DNA of 64,000 bases from Macrostomum hystrix (Eukaryota > Animalia > Platyhelminthes), in NCBI GenBank assembly GCA_950097015.1, contig CATNEN010000001.1, positions 3,410,001 through 3,474,000 on the forward strand. Direction: 5' to 3'. The notes under the pieces were generated by a model. That model was not told where the DNA came from and ran no database searches. It saw only the letters and a list, made by a program, of their open reading frames with translations. This document shows, piece by piece, positions 61,430-64,000 of this stretch (position 1 is its first letter; each line of letters opens with the position of its first letter). Made by a program: the position numbers and the translations under genes.

Positions 61430-63950
61430 AGACTATACTTAATTATTACTATTGTAGCCAGATTTATAAACTTGAACTGGAGCTTGTGGGCACCTATTGC
61501 CGTTTAGGAAAATTCAAGAAACCAACAATTGCAGTGCCACGCTTGGCCTCAACTACATGATTTTCGCACTACAAAGACTATACTTAATTACTATTGTAGC
61601 CCAATTTATAAACTTGAACTGGAGCTTGTGGGCACCTATTGCCGTTTAGGAAAATTCAAGAAACCAACAATTGGTGCCACGCTTGACCTCAACTACATGA
61701 TTTTCGCACTACAAAGACTATACTTAATTACTATTGTAGCCAGATTTATAAACTTGAACTGGAGCTTGTGGGCACCTATTGCCGTTTAGGAAAATTCAAG
61801 AAACCAACAATTGCAGTGCCACGCTTGGCCTCAACTACATGATTTTCGCACTACAAAGACTATACTTAATTACTATTGTAGCCAGATTTATAAACTTGAA
61901 CTGGAGCTTGTGGGCACCTATTGCCGTTTAGGAAAATTCAAGAAACCAGTAATTGGTGCCACGCTTGGCCTCAACTACATGATTTTCGCACTACAAAGAC
62001 TATACTTAATTACTATTGTAGCCCAATTTATAAACTTGAACTGGAGCTTGTGGGCACCTATTGCCGTTTAGGAAAATTCAAGAAACCAGTAATTGGTGCC
62101 ACGCTTGGCCTCAACTACATGATTTTCGCACTACAAAGACTATACTTAATTACTATTGTAGCCCGATTTATAAACTTGAACTGGAGCTTGTGGGCACCTA
62201 TTGCCGTTTAGGAAAATTCAAGAAACCAACAATTGCAGTGCCACGCTTGGCCTCAACTACATGATTTTCGCACTACAAAGACTATACTTAATTACTATTG
62301 TAGCCAGATTTATAAACTTGAACTGGAGCTTGTGGGCACCTATTGCCGTTTAGGAAAATTCAAGAAACCAACAATTGCAGTGCCACGCTTGGCCTCAACT
62401 ACATGATTTTCGCACTACAAAGACTATACTTAATTACTATTGTAGCCAGATTTATAAACTTGAACTGGAGCTTGTGGGCACCTATTGCCGTTTAGGAAAA
62501 TTCAAGAAACCAACAATTGCAGTGCCACGCTTGGCCTCAACTACATGATTTTCGCACTACAAAGACTATACTTAATTACTATTGTAGCCAGATTTATAAA
62601 CTTGAACTGGAGCTTGTGGGCACCTATTGCCGTTTAGGAAAATTCAAGAAACCAACAATTGCAGTGCCACGCTTGGCCTCAACTACATGATTTTCGCACT
62701 ACAAAGACTATACTTAATTACTATTGTAGCCAGATTTATAAACTTGAACTGGAGCTTGTGGGCACCTATTGCCGTTTAGGAAAATTCAAGAAACCAACAA
62801 TTGCAGTGCCACGCTTGGCCTCAACTACATGATTTTCGCACTACAAAGACTATACTTAATTACTATTGTAGCCAGATTTATAAACTTGAACTGGAGCTTG
62901 TGGGCACCTATTGCCGTTTAGGAAAATTCAAGAAACCAACAATTGCAGTGCCACGCTTGGCCTCAACTACATGATTTTCGCACTACAAAGACTATACTTA
63001 ATTACTATTGTAGCCAGATTTATAAACTTGAACTGGAGCTTGTGGGCACCTATTGCCGTTTAGGAAAATTCAAGAAACCAACAATTGCAGTGCCACGCTT
63101 GGCCTCAACTACATGATTTTCGCACTACAAAGACTATACTTAATTACTATTGTAGCCAGATTTATAAACTTGAACTGGAGCTTGTGGGCACCTATTGCCG
63201 TTTAGGAAAATTCAAGAAACCAACAATTGGTGCCACGCTTGGCCTCAACTACATGATTTTCGCACTACAAAGACTATACTTAATTACTATTGTAGCCAGA
63301 TTTATAAACTTGAACTGGAGCTTGTGGGCACCTATTGCCGTTTAGGAAAATTCAAGAAACCAACAATTGGTGCCACGCTTGGCCTCAACTACATGATTTT
63401 CGCACTACAAAGACTATACTTAATTACTATTGTAGCCAGATTTATAAACTTGAACTGGAGCTTGTGGGCACCTATTGCCGTTTAGGAAAATTCAAGAAAC
63501 CAACAATTGCAGTGCCACGCTTGGCCTCAACTACATGATTTTCGCACTACAAAGACTATACTTAATTACTATTGTAGCCAGATTTATAAACTTGAACTGG
63601 AGCTTGTGGGCACCTATTGCCGTTTAGGAAAATTCAAGAAACCAACAATTGCAGTGCCACGCTTGGCCTCAACTACATGATTTTCGCACTACAAAGACTA
63701 TACTTAATTACTATTGTAGCCAGATTTATAAACTTGAACTGGAGCTTGTGGGCACCTATTGCCGTTTAGGAAAATTCAAGAAACCAACAATTGGTGCCAC
63801 GCTTGGCCTCAACTACATGATTTTCGCACTACAAAGACTATACTTAATTACTATTGTAGCCAGATTTATAAACTTGAACTGGAGCTTGTGGGCACCTATT
63901 GCCGTTTAGGAAAATTCAAGAAACCAACAATTGGTGCCACGCTTGGCCTT
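61430..63950. repeat. 140/142-bp tandem satellite, ~18 copies
   Basis: Near-identical units in two length variants (aattggtgccac vs aattgcagtgccac). Confidence 0.97.
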
Positions 63951-64000
63951 AAATGCATGCGTTTCGCAGCCAGTTTCCCAGTTTCCCCAGTTTCTCCAGT

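Noticed and set aside
49612-63975. Candidate TIRs of a whole KDZ element (tggctgc near 49613 vs gcagcca near 63966)
   Set aside because: Only a 7-bp match with no TSD, which is insufficient. The element boundaries remain undefined.

Overview
Eukaryotic, repeat-dense invertebrate DNA with GT-AG introns. The minisatellite-filled introns and gene style resemble the flatworm Macrostomum (inference only). Positions 1-13.6 kb hold four co-oriented minus-strand housekeeping genes: ACMSD (partial), GET1/WRB, a TRAF7-like RING-TRAF-WD40 gene and CARHSP1/CSDC2. Positions 19.7-33.9 kb hold a complete 5-exon cytosolic alpha-carbonic anhydrase whose 10.8-kb intron 2 is packed with satellites. Positions 34.8-47 kb hold a frameshifted ALK/LTK-type glycine-rich gene, a higher-order satellite and an internally deleted MULE transposon. 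hAT and Merlin non-autonomous elements and tRNA-derived SINEs are scattered through the window. The most striking region is about 52.6-59.7 kb. There an apparently intact KDZ (Kyakuja-Dileera-Zisupton class) transposase is followed by three highly diverged paralogous double-zinc-finger genes, each preceded by a near-identical 450-680 bp spacer repeat (gene-R-gene-R-gene-R-gene). One of these genes is fused to a SETD8/PR-Set7-like SET domain carrying Phe at the Phe/Tyr switch. The locus is flanked on the left by a 3x320-bp array containing tRNA-like Pol III units, and on the right by 91-bp and 140/142-bp tandem arrays. Most long ORFs in the supplied track are translations of tandem repeats.
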